64,000 bases of DNA, taken from assembly GCF_030684315.1 (NCBI RefSeq), contig NC_081363.1:67812517-67876516 (forward strand), read 5' to 3'. Each line of letters opens with the position of its first letter. Positions within the stretch are counted from its first letter, which is position 1. This document shows, piece after piece, positions 23,664 to 35,729 of this stretch. A model generated the notes under the pieces. That model had not been told where the DNA came from and searched no databases. It saw only the letters and a program-made list of their open reading frames with translations. This stretch comes from Stegostoma tigrinum. Lineage: Eukaryota. The translations under genes were made by a program, and so were the position numbers.

Positions 23664-25274
23664 GTAGTTAATTATTATTCCTTTTGTAATCAGTGCTAAG
23701 TCCTGGATAGAATAGGATGTCATGCAGGCCGACAAGCTCTGCTTAAGTCAAAAACAAGGAATGTTTTACCAGAACCAAAGAAAAACAAAGAATGATATAC
23801 ATTCATACTCCCCCATTGTCAATTTGATTAACTCCAATAAATTAGAGGACATTTTGTTCTCTAGAACCACCTATTGCAATTGAGGTTGTACAATTGATGT
23901 TTCTCTCAATTATAAAAATACATAGCCAAAACTCAAGTCCTGGCATTTCACTCTCTATTAAAGAAACTATAAAGTGTGTACACTTGGAATACGTGGCAAT
24001 GAACATACATGGGCACAAGACATACTGAATAAGAGAATTTTTGGTTGGAAATACTGTTGGTGTCTTTACATGAGCGATAATTCCATTCATCAGCTCAGGC
24101 ACGACAGCTTCTGCTGACTTGTGCTCCCTAGAAACTATAGCACTGTTTTGGCAATTATATGTATGACCAAGATATTCAAATATTGGGAACTAGTTGTTAG
24201 GCTGTGGATGCATTATGGGAAGTACTTAAGATTGGGTTTCAAACCCTCACAATGTAAGGCTATTATTGGCAAGGTATTGATATCAAAGGATTGGGTCTAT
24301 CTTGATTCCAAATTGTTCAGAGACCCGGTTGAGATCAAAATTGAATGGACAAAGATGGTAGGGTCACAGATTGGGGGGGAAACAGGGAAGTTTATTGGTA
24401 ACTTAGTGATTCTTCTTTTGGACTATTGGACTCTTTCATGGTAAACTTTAAGGGCATGTGTTTGGATCAGGAATTGTCACAACAGTTTCATGTTTGAGCA
24501 TGTTATTTTGCTGGAATGTGATTGGCTAGCTCCTGTGTTTGCATTGCAAATTTATGGATTTTTAAATGAGATATTTGAAATGGGAAGAAAATTTAGCACA
24601 GTTATTTATAATAGTGAACAAAAAATAGCCATTGAAAAGTTAGGAATGCACAAAGGTTACCAACTTAATCAATGACAACTCAAAAGATTTACTGCAGGTT
24701 TAATAAGGAGACGAAACAGTCAAAATGTTATAAATACAGAATTGGACGTAAAAGCAAGGTGACCTTAACTGTCTATATTTTTAGAGTACTATATATTGTG
24801 GCAATGTCAGCCTTTTGTTGTTCAAGAAGAAGGAATAATTTAATGCTGCAATGCTGGGATGCAGCAGTCACTCTTACTTAATGCTGTTTTTCGTTTACAT
24901 GGAAAAACAATAAGTAACCTGCATCTGATTAAAGATCAACATGGTGCTCCAGCACGGCTGAAAGTTATCATCCCCTTCCGTTTCCAATCTTTGGGTCAGA
25001 GAAAGTTTGACGACTGACCAACATCTGTCTTCAATGAATGTATACAGTTTAACCTGAATACTGATTCACTGTTTGGAAACTGAAATAATGAAAAATAATA
25101 TTAATGCCCAAAAATACAATAAAGGCACTGTGGTAGATTTTGAATTTGAGCAATATTATATAAGAAGGGTAACAGCAAATCAGTGACCCCTTTCTAGCTG
25201 TCCTTGAAGCTAATGGAAATAAATATCAGAGGAGATAGAAAATGGGTTGTCAATTTACTTTCAAGATTAGAATT

Positions 25275-25560
25275 AAAGTCAGAATTTGGTTTATTGTCAC
25301 ATCGGCTCAAATACAGAAGTATAGGAGTACATTGAAAACTATACAATGTCGCCCCACACCTTGGCACCTAGATACAAACCTTAGCTTCAAAATAGAGAAA
25401 TAAAGAAAGAAAAGTTACATTACGTTACAGTTAATACAAGATAGAAGAATGAGAAATAAAGTTAAAAAGACAAACATTCTTGTCTTTCTGTAAAAGGCCT
25501 GCAATAGATCAATGCAGGGGGCTTCCAAATGTGATCTGACTGGGCTCTCAAGCCACTGAT
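25275..25560 (-). mobile_element. Non-autonomous element with Rex1-like 3' tail (fragment)
   Basis: TTTATTGTCACAT...GTACATTGAAAA is the reverse complement of the Rex1-type terminus TTTTCACTGTAC...ATGTGACAATAAA. Confidence 0.5.
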
Positions 25561-25713
25561 AATATTAATGGGATAATTTTATGTTATTAGGTCAAAGTCA
25601 AACTCAGTAGCTATCATATACACTTTTTAAAAAAAATAATATTGAAATCTCAATGTAAGGCGCGGATATTTTTAATTTCAACAGTTGACCTTGACAGGAA
25701 TGAGGCCATGATA

Positions 25714-25790
25714 GAGCAGCACAGTGGCTTAGTGGTTAGCACTGCTGCCTCACAGCATCAGGGACCTGAGTTCAAATCTTAGATTCAGTA
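25714..25790 (+). mobile_element. V-SINE tRNA head fragment
   Basis: GCAGCACAGTGGCTTAGTGGTTAGCACTGCTGCCTCACAGCATCAGGGACCTGAGTTCAAATC. Confidence 0.75.
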
Positions 25791-25946
25791 CAGACTCAAT
25801 GGGACAAATGGCCTCTTTCTGCACAGCAGGGATCCTGTCAGTGCCATGATTTTTTTTTGCACAGTCAGAAAGTACTTGGCATTTCTGCACCATTTGTTTC
25901 TTCTTTTTTCGAGAATTATTTGCCAAGCCACATATAGCAATGCTTT

Positions 25947-26165
25947 GGTGATAATGGGAACTGCAGATGCTGGAGAATCCAAGATAATAAAATGTGAGGC
26001 TGGATGAACACAGCAGGCCCAGCAGCATCTCAGGAGCACAAAAGCTGACGTTTCGGGCCTAGACCCTTCATCAGAGATGAAGGGTCTAGGCCCGAAACGT
26101 CAGCTTTTGTGCTCCTGAGATGCTGCTGGGCCTGCTGTGCTCATCCGGCCTCACATTTTATTATC
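25947..26165. mobile_element. Palindromic PLE mini-element, CTGATGA subfamily
   Basis: Apex CTTCATCAGAGATGAAG (~26075); 14-bp TSD TATAGCAATGCTTT at 25933-25946 and 26166-26179. Confidence 0.93.
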
Positions 26166-26210
26166 TATAGCAATGCTTTCTGCAGTTATGTATAATATCA
26201 GGAAGCACTC

Positions 26211-26525
26211 TGAAACAAAAACAAAAATTGCTGGAAAAACTCAGCAAACCTGGCAGCAAAAGATTGGTCTATACGTTGATATGGGGGCAAGAGTAAACAA
26301 AAACTTTTATTTAGGAAATGAACATATGACAGCTACTGACTTCAATTTTAACGTAATGGATTAATATGAAACATTGATCTTTTCCTAGGTACAATCAATC
26401 TTAAAGAAGGATCACTGAACCTAAAATGTTAACTCTGCTTACTGTCCACACATGCTGCCAGATTTGCTGAGTTTCTCAAACTATTTCCGATTTTGTTTCT
26501 GGCTTCCAGCATCCACAGTTCTTTG
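26211..26525. mobile_element. Older PLE pLTR family, inverted remnant
   Basis: 26211-26258 is approximately the reverse complement of 26453-26500; decayed hammerhead-like AAGAAGGATCACTGAACCTAAAATGTTAACTC at ~26404. Confidence 0.6.
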
Positions 26526-27429
26526 GGGTTTTTTTGGTTGCGAGCTCTGATTGGTGCTGATTATTTCAGAGACTGCAGATTCTGTGATCAAATATTCCAA
26601 AACAGTTTGAGGAACATATTACTGCAAAATTTGTGAATAAGTATCGGAAGAAATTAAATGTTCCAGGTAGAGAGTCAAATAGTCATTTCAGCACAGGACA
26701 CCATTTGGCTCATTGAGTATGCTGTAAATAAGCAGGTTTTTTTTGTGATAATGAACTATCATAAAAATCTGAGATGTATGGTGTTACTGACAGGCAACGA
26801 GTGCTGAGTGTGGATGTTCATTCTTTCGTTGGGAAAAAAACTAAACATGAAGGAACTTCATGTCGGCAATCTGTCATGACTTTTAAACTGATTTTCCTTT
26901 CAGCTCTCTTTCAAAAGAATGCCACCTTGTCTTATGTCTCCCATCCCAAAGATTTAGCTGGAATCTGAAACAGTCTGATGGGGATTTCTAAGTGCAAGCT
27001 GCATTCTGTTTCTTTGGGACAGCTTACTTTGTCACTTGAATTCACTACATGGTAACCACAGATCAACACTGACCCAGGATTCCGATCAGAATATTGGTCC
27101 CTCAGGTTGCATGGAAATAAATCTGATACTAATTATATATGTATAATCTATATATAATATATATCAGTATTTATAATATTCTGTATCTAATACTAATGGA
27201 TTGAATCTAGGCAAGTTGAAAATTTCCCTGATTGGAAAGCTCAGAGTGGGGCTGAAAATAAGTTTTTTTAAAAAAGGAAGATAGTTATATAGGAAATACA
27301 TGTGCAATAATTTTCAGACTTACCTTTCTTCTGCTTTAAATTGTACAACCCTTTTTTACACCCTAGGCTATTCCTGCTCCCATGATGAGGGAGGAGAATT
27401 GTTCAATTGTTCAATGAATCAGGTTAGAA

Positions 27430-28380
27430 ATGAGGAGTATTCTTGCAACAAAGCTGTCATCAGTTTCCTCCATCATAAGGTCAGCAGTGGGGATGTTCAC
27501 CGATGATTGTACAATATTCAGCACCATTCACGATTTTTCAGATATTGAAACAGTCCATGTTTAAATGCAACAAGACCTGAATGATGTCAAGCTTAGATTG
27601 ACAAGTGGCAAGTAACTTTCATGCCACACAAGCAATCCTCACTGGGCATTCAATGGCATTACCATCGCTGAAATTTCCACTATTATTATCTTGAGAGTTA
27701 CTATTGACCAGAAACAGAGCTGAACTAGATGTATAGATACCATGTGTACAAGAGTAGGTCAAAGGATAGGAATGCTGCAGCAAGGAACTCATCTCTTGAT
27801 TTCCCAAAGCCTGTCCACAAGACAGGAGTGTGATGGAATACTCCCAACATGCCTGTTTGAGTGCAGCTCCAAGAACACTCAATAAATTACTGTAATTTTC
27901 AGCAGGTCTGGCAGTATCTTTGGACAGAAATCAGAGTTAACATTTCAGGTTGCGTGATCCTTCCTCAGAACTTGGCCCAAAACATTAACTTGGATTTCTC
28001 TGCACAAATACTGCCAGGCTTGCTAAGCTTTTCCAGCAATATCTATTTTTGTTTTTGATTTACAACACTCAAAAAACTTGACACCATCCAAGACAAAGCA
28101 TCACAACCATAAACATTCATTCCCTCCACAACCAGTGTTCGGCAGCAACTGTGAGTACCATTTACAAAATGCACTGCAGAAATTCACCACAGTTTCTGGG
28201 CAGTACCTTCCAAACCCAAAACCACTTCCATATAGAAAGACAAAGGCAACAGATACCTGGGAACTCTACCATCTGTAAATTCCTCTCCAAACACACACCA
28301 TCCTGACTCGGAAATATATCTCTGTTCCTTCACTGTCACTGGGTTAAAATCCTGGAATTCCTTCCCTACCGGCAATATGG
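27430..28380 (+). mobile_element. CR1/L2-group LINE 3' portion
   Basis: Translates to GMFTDDC, QQDL..., DKWQVTF, RSVMEYS; tail shared with 30580-31220. Confidence 0.75.
27883..28063. mobile_element. Palindromic mini-element of the older PLE family, inserted in a LINE
   Basis: Diverged inverted arms meet at ~27972; minus-strand hammerhead AGTT-CTGAGGA-AGG..CCT-GAAA-TGTT-AACT; TSD AACACTCAA at 27874-27882 and 28064-28072. Confidence 0.75.
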
Positions 28381-28389
28381 ATGTTCCCA

Positions 28390-28695
28390 GAGCAAACTAA
28401 CAAAATACCTAAAGGAGTAGTCAGAACAGAAGCAGGGAAGCTGACTCCACTTGTTGAGGAATCTCGAATTAGGGAATACCATTTTAAAATAATGAGGATG
28501 TCACATACGTCCCAGGTGAGGAAAATGTTTTTAACTCAGAATTGTGTGAATCTGTGGAATTCTGTGCCCCAGAAAGCTGTGGAAGGTCAGTCTTTGAGAA
28601 TGAAAAAGGCATTGAAGTGTTTGATCAGCCATGGTCGTATTGAATGGCAGGGTGGGCTTGATGGTCTGAATGGTCTACTTTTGTTTCTGTTCCTA
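28390..28695 (+). mobile_element. CR1 3' fragment
   Basis: ORF 28381-28764 reads FLTQNCVNLWNSVPQKAVE, then a CR1-type 3' UTR. Confidence 0.75.
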
Positions 28696-28854
28696 AAATC
28701 GACTGCAAACATTCAACAATGCAGCTCACTATCACCTTTTCAGGGAAAACAAGGTCTAGCATGAAATAGAATATAGATAGAAAATATATAGAAAGTTCAA
28801 AAATATGAAACAAGAATCCTATATTTCACAACAGCCCCCTTCTGGAATTCTATG

Positions 28855-29362
28855 CCAAGTTCAGTTTACCCAGTTGTCAGAAGGATATTCTCAAGCAAGA
28901 GAGGGTTTAGAAGAAATTTACCAGGATGTTGCTGGGTATGGAAGGTTTGATTATAAGGAAAGGTTCTGACTTTTTTCTCACTGGAGGATAAGAGGTTGAG
29001 AAATGACCTGATAGAAGTTTATAAAATAATGAGACATATAGACAGGGTTAATAGTAGTTGTCATTTCCCTAGTTTGGGGGATTTCAAGACTAGGGGTACA
29101 TTTTTAAGATGAGAGCAGAAAGATATAAAAAAGGCATGAGAGTCCTTTTTTTTACAGGGGGTGGTCCGCATGTGGAATGAACTTCTTGAGGGAGTGGTAG
29201 ACGTGGCTACAATTACAATGTTTAAAAGACATTTGGATAAGTACATGAATAGGAAAGGTTTCGAGGGTTATGGGTCAGGAGCAGGCAGGTGGGACTAGCT
29301 TAGTTTGGGATCATGTTCAGCACGGACTGGATGGAAGAATGGGTCGGTTTCCATGCTATGAC
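28855..29362 (+). mobile_element. CR1 3' fragment
   Basis: Translates to DLIEVYKIMR...WNELLEGVVDVATITMFKRHLDKYMN. Confidence 0.85.
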
Positions 29363-30579
29363 TCAATAAGTATCAGTTCCATTACCATCATGAAGGGAAA
29401 TTAAAGTTACATAAGGGGGTATTTATTGCATTCAATGGCATTCAGCCTGTGTTTTACAGTAGGTTGAGTAATGCATCTATCTGCTCCTTTTTTGCTGTGA
29501 GGTATCCTCTTCCAAAGACACCAATTTGTCTGTTGGACTATTCCAGCAGTCTTCTCCTACTATTGCCACTAGCTGATAGAGGATCCAGCACAACTGTTTG
29601 AGCTTACCTGCTCAGTATTCAATTTCACCACTCCGTTGTTGACCTCTTTGAACATCTGTATCTTTTCCCAGTATTTAATGACAGACATTTCAGTACAGTA
29701 GTTACATGTCAAATGCCACCTGCTCACTCACATTAAGGACCCTGGATGTCAGAACCAGCTAATCGTCCTCAATGCAGTTTTCAGTCATTGAGTGTTTCAG
29801 GTCTTTGGCAAGTACAATATCTAACCATGAGTTTTGCTTCCTTCCTCATAGCATCAATGGAATGCACATGCGAGTTGCCACCTTGATTTGGTCTAAAGGT
29901 CCAATTCCTTCAGCCAATACTTGAGCTTCCCATGATTGCAGAGCAGCTTCATCCAGGTATCAGTCAACTTCAGCCATCAAGACTCAATGTCTGCACTGTG
30001 GAATCCTGCCGACAATCCAGAAATCTAATATGGGATATGGACATGTGGAATGCCCAGAAATCATGAAACAAAGATACTTTGTTCCACTTACATCAGGTCA
30101 TTATAAATATGAAGGAAATTAATTTTAAAAAAGTATTTACAACTGATGCTTGGAATGAAGCCTATGCTTTATATTCAAATGAGGAATGCTTTGTCAGTTC
30201 ATTCTTCCCATCAGACATCCTCCCCAAAACATTCTCTTTTTCAAGGGAATCTGTTTGACTATTCAAGCTGTCCTCCCTAACCATCGCCCCCTGCTGCTGC
30301 CAGTTTAATTTCATACTGAGCTGCTTGAAAACTGCTTTCTTGGTGAACACACACATGGTACATTGACCATTTACTAAGCAGTTAAGTGATGAGCATGTTC
30401 AATTGCATCATGATAGCTAGAGTGTTTGATTGGGCATTAATGGAAGAATTCTCTTCTTGCATCAACTGATCTGGGAAAGTGGTAAGGCTTAGGATGATAT
30501 CCATCATTTGCTCAAGATCTTCTCAGACCCTTATCAGTGCTGACACCTTCCCATTTTCATGGCTATCTTATTTCAGTTA

Positions 30580-31220
30580 ATATTGACCAGAAACTGAACT
30601 TCACTGGCCATATAAATATCATGGACATAAGGGCAGGTCAAAGGCTGGGAACTGTGCAGTGGCCACCTCACCTCTGACTCCAACAAAGCAGTCTACCATT
30701 GGCCAGGCACAAGCCAGAAGTTTAACAGAATAGTCCCCAGTTATATTTGGATATTTGGAGCTCCAAAAGCACTCGTGAAGTGTTATCTTGGACAAAGCAG
30801 CCCATTTGATTTGCACCACATCCACAAATATCCATTCCCTCCAATAATCATGCTCAGTAGAAGTAGTTTGTATCATCTACACGACGTATGGCACAAAGTC
30901 ACCAAAGCTTCCAAGACGGTACCCCTAAACCTATGCCTCTTCAGTCTAGAAGGTCAAAGGTACGGCAGATACATGGGGATACTGCTACCTGCAAGCTCCC
31001 CTCCAAGCTACTCATCATCCTGACTTGAAAACATATTGCCATACCTTCAATGTCACTGGGTAAAAATCTTGGAATTCCCTCCCTAATAGCAATGTGTGTT
31101 TACCAACTGCACATAGACTGCCATGGTTCAAGAGTGCAACTCACAACCACCTTCTCAAGGGCAACTAGGGATGTACAATAAAAGCTAGCCCAGCCAGCCA
31201 CATCCCATGAGTGAATTAAA
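30580..31220 (+). mobile_element. CR1/L2-group LINE 3' portion
   Basis: Collinear with 27700-28380; ends GGGCAACTAGGGATGTACAATAAAAGCTAGCCCAGCCAGCCACATCCCATGAGTGAA. Confidence 0.75.
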
Positions 31221-31754
31221 ACAAGGGTCTGAGCTCTGCGGAGAATCACCCATGCTGGAATCTTAGTCAGTCAAAGCTCTAGGAGTTGTATGCTTGAGGA
31301 TAATTGTTGTTTATTTGTTCACCTACTTGGTATCTACCCTCAAGGTCTTCACCTGCTGTTGGAGATTTGATAACATAGAGATAGGCAATAAATGTTGGAC
31401 TAGCCAGTGAAACCTCCCCGTAGCCTGGGTTAATCAAGTCAGCACTAATGCTGCGCAGAATAAATTTATGTAGCGTGTAAAACATAGGTATGTGGAACAA
31501 TATATTGAGCCTACCAAAAATCAAGCGATTTTGGATTTGGTGTTCTGTACTGAGAGAGGAATAATGAATAAATTTGATGTAAATGAGATCTTGAGAACAG
31601 TGAATATAATGTGACAGGATTTTAAATGAAATTCAGATGTAATCTCGCTCATACTGAAACAAGACTCTTGTTCCTGAGCTAAGGAAGCTAGGAAAATGAG
31701 GAACGAGACGCCACAATTGATTGCGAAGATATACTAAAGGGTTTGATGGTGGGT

Positions 31755-32673
31755 AGGGATGCACAGAGAGATCTGGATGTTCAGGTTCAATGTACCCTTA
31801 AGGTTGCAAGGTGGGTCAATAGAGTGGTTAAGAAGGCCTATAGCATGCTTTCCTTCATTGGATGGGGTACTGAGTACAAGAGTTGGCAGGTCATGTTCCA
31901 GTTGTATAGGACTTTGGTTTGACCACACCTGGAATACTGCATACAGTTCTGGTTGCCACATCACCAAAAGGATGTGGATGCTTTGGAGAGGGTGCTGAGG
32001 AGGTTCACCAGGATAACAAAGTGTGGAGCTGGATGAACACAGCAGGCCAAGCAGCATCTTAGGACGACAAAAGCTGACGTTTCGAGGCTGAAGGGTCTAG
32101 GCCCGAAACGTCAGCTTTTGTACTCCTAAGATGCTGCTTGGCCTACCGTGTTCATTCAGCTCCACACTTTGTTATCTCGGACTCTCCAGCATCTGAGTTC
32201 CCACTATCTCTAGGTTCACCAGGATGTTACCTGGAATGGAGGGTGCTAGCTATGAAGAGAGGTTGAGTAGATTAGGATTATTTACATTAGAAAGACGGAG
32301 GTTGAGGGGGGACCTGATTGAGGTTTACAAAATCCTGGGAGATATAGACAGGGTGGATAGCAAGAAGCTTTTTCCCAGAGTGGGGACTCAATTACTAGGG
32401 GTCATGATTTCAAGGTGAGAGGGAAAGAGTTTAAGGGACATATGTGTGGAAAGTTCTTTACACCGAGGATGGTGGGCATCTGGAACGCGTTGCTAGCAGA
32501 GGTGATAGAGGCAGGCATGATAGAATCATTTAAGATGTATGTAGACAGATACATGAATGGGCAGGGAGCAGAGGGATACAGATCCTTGGATTAGATAGAG
32601 AATCTGGATCGGTGCAGGCTTGGAGGTCCAAAGGGCCTTTTCCTGTGCTCTAATTGTCTTTGTTCTTTGTTCT
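31755..32673 (+). mobile_element. Younger CR1 3' fragment, interrupted by a PLE hairpin
   Basis: ORF 32224-32418 reads LPGMEGASYEERLSRLGLFTLERRRLRGDLIEVYKI; tail (TTTGTTC)n; same subfamily as 54600-55325. Confidence 0.9.
32012..32211. mobile_element. Palindromic PLE mini-element
   Basis: Arms meet at GACGTTTCGAGGC/TGAAGGG (~32087); 14-bp TSD AGGTTCACCAGGAT at 32001-32014 and 32212-32225. Confidence 0.92.
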
Positions 32674-33192
32674 TAGTGTTTAAATAAATACTACAAAGTT
32701 TAAAACATTACTCACTAGTACAAACTGAAAGGTAATGTGACAATGGTTAAAGAAAGAATTTAAAAATTGCACTCGATCAAAGAAATAATTTCATAAGATT
32801 GTCAGAAAAAGCAGTAAACCTCAGGATTGGGAGCAATTCAGAACCTAATAAAAGAAACTAAAAAGCAAAAGGAAATGCCAATATGAGTGCAGGCTAGTGA
32901 GGAACATCAAGGCAGATTGTAAAAGTAATCAATATTTGGCCCCATTACAGGTGGGGATGAGAGAATTTATTATGAAGAACAGGGAAATTGTGGAGAAAAT
33001 AAATAGTAACTTGTAATCAGTTTTCACATAAAAAATACATACAGAGAACTCTCAGAAATATTAGGAATCAAGGAACTTGTGTTGGTGAAGAACTAAAATA
33101 AATTAGTAGAGTAGTAGTACTTGAACAATTAGCTGGATTGAGGGTTGATAAATCTCCTTCACCAGTTCATCCCACAGTGTTGAAGGAAGTAA

Positions 33193-33983
33193 CAAAATGG
33201 TGGCAGAGTGAGACTGCCCAGCGGAGGTGCTCCGCTCCATCTGTTCTTTTCCTTTATTTCTTTCCTTGTTTCTCAAACTTGCAGCTTTTATTTACCAATG
33301 CCAAATAATGGAGACAGAAGGAGACCGGCATGGGGACAACAAGTCTAGGCAAGTCCCAAAAGTGAGGCCCAGGCCAAGCTGGTGTGGGAGGCAGAGAGTC
33401 AGGGTGACTCCCAGAAATGAGGCCCAGGCCAGGCCAGCACAGGCAAGGACCATGCCAGGCTGGCATGGGAGGTGGTAAGCCCAGGCGAGTCCTGAAGGCA
33501 AGGTCCAGGCCAGGCCACCATGGAGGCAGTCCGTCCAGGTAAGTGCCAGCGGCAAGTCCCAGATCAGGTTGATGTGGGAGGCAGTAAGTCCAGGTGAAAC
33601 CCAAAGGCAAGTCTCAGTACAGCTTCGCATGAAGACAGGCCCCATGGAGCAGAGGCCAATGCAGGGACAGCAGCGAGTCCCTTGGAGAATGCAAGCGAAG
33701 CATCCAGGATAGATGCCCAATATTTCTTATACACTTGGCCTGGTGGTCTGAAAGCTAGCATGGACTTTGTGAAAAGACTATTGTGCTAGTACTTTTTAAA
33801 AGAAAGCTTCTTTATCTTTTATTCTTATGCTGAACTTTAATTTATGGTTCTCTTAAATCTGTAACACTTACTAAAGTACCCTGTACTGAAGTACCCCGTA
33901 CCGAAGATGGCACCGAGAGACAACATTACAAACTTTTAACTGCACTCCTTTGAGTGCATGTGACAACAAAGGCTAATTCTAAT
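33193..33983 (+). mobile_element. Non-autonomous retroposon with Rex1-like 3' tail and GC-rich internal repeats
   Basis: Begins AAAATGGTGGC; recurring GGC(A/G)AGTCC units; ends ACTTTTAACTGCAC...GTGCATGTGACAACAAA, like the Rex1 termini at 14281 and 63501. Confidence 0.55.
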
Positions 33984-34214
33984 AGACACACCAAATGTAT
34001 TGGTGATTCTACTTGACAATTGTGCAACGGTTCCTGCTGTATTAAGTGTAACTGTACTGTTCAAGAAGGGAAGAAGAGGGAGATGGAGAAAGGATGAGAT
34101 ATATAGACATTTAGAAAAGAACGGTATAATTGGGTAGAGTCAACATGGACTTTTGAAAGGAAATTATTTTGAGGAAATTACTTGTTGCAGAGACAAAAAT
34201 GAACAATGAACACA

Positions 34215-34548
34215 GAATCTTTACAGTGTGGAAACAGGCCATTCAGTCCATCACATATGCACTGATCCTCCAAAGGTCATCCCAGCCAGATCTGTTCCTA
34301 TAATACCATATTTATCATTACTAGTCAAGCTAGCCTATACATCCCTGGGCACTATGAACAATTTAGTAATGCAAATCCACCTAATCTGCGCACATTTTGA
34401 ATGTGGGAGGAAGTCAGAGCACCCAGCAGAAATCCATGCAAACATCGGGAAAACGTGCAAACTCCACACAGTCAATTGCCAATGCTGGAATCAAACCCAG
34501 GTCCCTAGCACTGTGAGACATTAGTGCTAATCCCCTCTCCCACGCCGT
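34215..34548 (-). mobile_element. Diverged V-SINE (HE1-like)
   Basis: Collinear with 1935-2233 (TACAGTGTGGAAACAGGCC...TGTGGGAGGAAG..AGAGCACCC...GCAAACTCCACACAG...GTGCTAA). Confidence 0.85.
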
Positions 34549-35729
34549 GGCTTGAATTTGCAGAGGCTTTTTATCATAAGGTCGCCAACAGGAAGTAAGT
34601 ACATAAAATTAGAATGCTCGGGTTTGGGGGAATATTTTAGTTAGCTTTGAGAATTGATTAATACACAGACAGCAAATGGTAGGAATGGGCGAATCATTCT
34701 TGGGATAGTACGCTGTTGCTATTGGGCACTGCATGGGATAGTGCGAGGTCGGCACTGTTCGCAATTTATATGAGTGCTTTGAATGGGAGGACCAATTTCC
34801 TCCCATGATTAGGGTGTCATTGTATTTGAGTTACTAAAAGCTCACATGCAGGTACAGCAGGCAACTAGAAAGGCAAACAGTACATTAGCATTCAGGTCAT
34901 GACAGTTTCAGGACACATATAAAGATGACTTGCTGAAGTTATATGAACCATTGTATTTTTACAGTTTGTGTTTCCTTATCTTAGGTCAAATTTACTTGCT
35001 ACAGGGGACTGCAATGGAGGCATTAGAATTAGAACCAGTGATGTACTTTCAGGATAAAAGCAGATAATTTAAGGCAGAGATGAGGATGGAATTCTTCATT
35101 CAGGGGATTTTGAATCTTTATAATTGGCCATTCCACAGGGTCTTGCGAGGTCAATCATTGAGTTGGTTCAAGATAAACATTGATAGGTTTCTGCAGGCTA
35201 ATGGTATAAAGGATATAAAGATAATATGGGGAAAATGACACTGAAGAGATGATCAGCTACGATCTAAAATGACTGAGTAGCTCAATGGGCTGAATGACCT
35301 ACTCTTGTTCTTATAATTGTAAGAGTTAAGAGGGGAATACTTTTGCCGAGCTTAGGTCCTACTACTTTTTGTTCTCTGATATACTTCAGAACTGCTGAAT
35401 AAGAACTTTTTCTGATCTAGCCAATGATATTGAGAACAGGGGCAGTGTGGTATGGTGAGGCTCCCATTCAGCATTAGCCTACAGTATGTAACTCCACATG
35501 ACACCATCTCATTGAAGACTTTACATCATAGAGTGCTTGCATTCATGATATTGATTCATATTCAGGTTGGGGAAACATCACTGAATGAGTGCAACCAATT
35601 ATCAACCAGGCTGCAAGACATGTCCTCGTGAAGTAGTAGTTTGCACCATCTTGAACCTAGCAAAAGAGCAAGGATAGATTGACAGAATTTAGCTTGAATC
35701 AATGGAAAAAGGAATTAGAATAGAAGAGA

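Larger units (their letters stand above)
31500..35310 (+). mobile_element. Old CR1 LINE carrying several nested insertions
   Basis: Collinear decayed pieces: AILDLV endonuclease end (~31525), 32680-33190, 33990-34190, and 34560-35310 ending in a CR1 3' UTR. Confidence 0.65.

Noticed and set aside
24918-25052. Open 45-codon exon-like segment on the minus strand
   Set aside because: Poor donor (GTTACT) and no recognisable protein
33340-33700. Spaced short repeats suggesting a CRISPR-like array
   Set aside because: Units are degenerate and irregularly spaced, the context is vertebrate, and there are no cas genes
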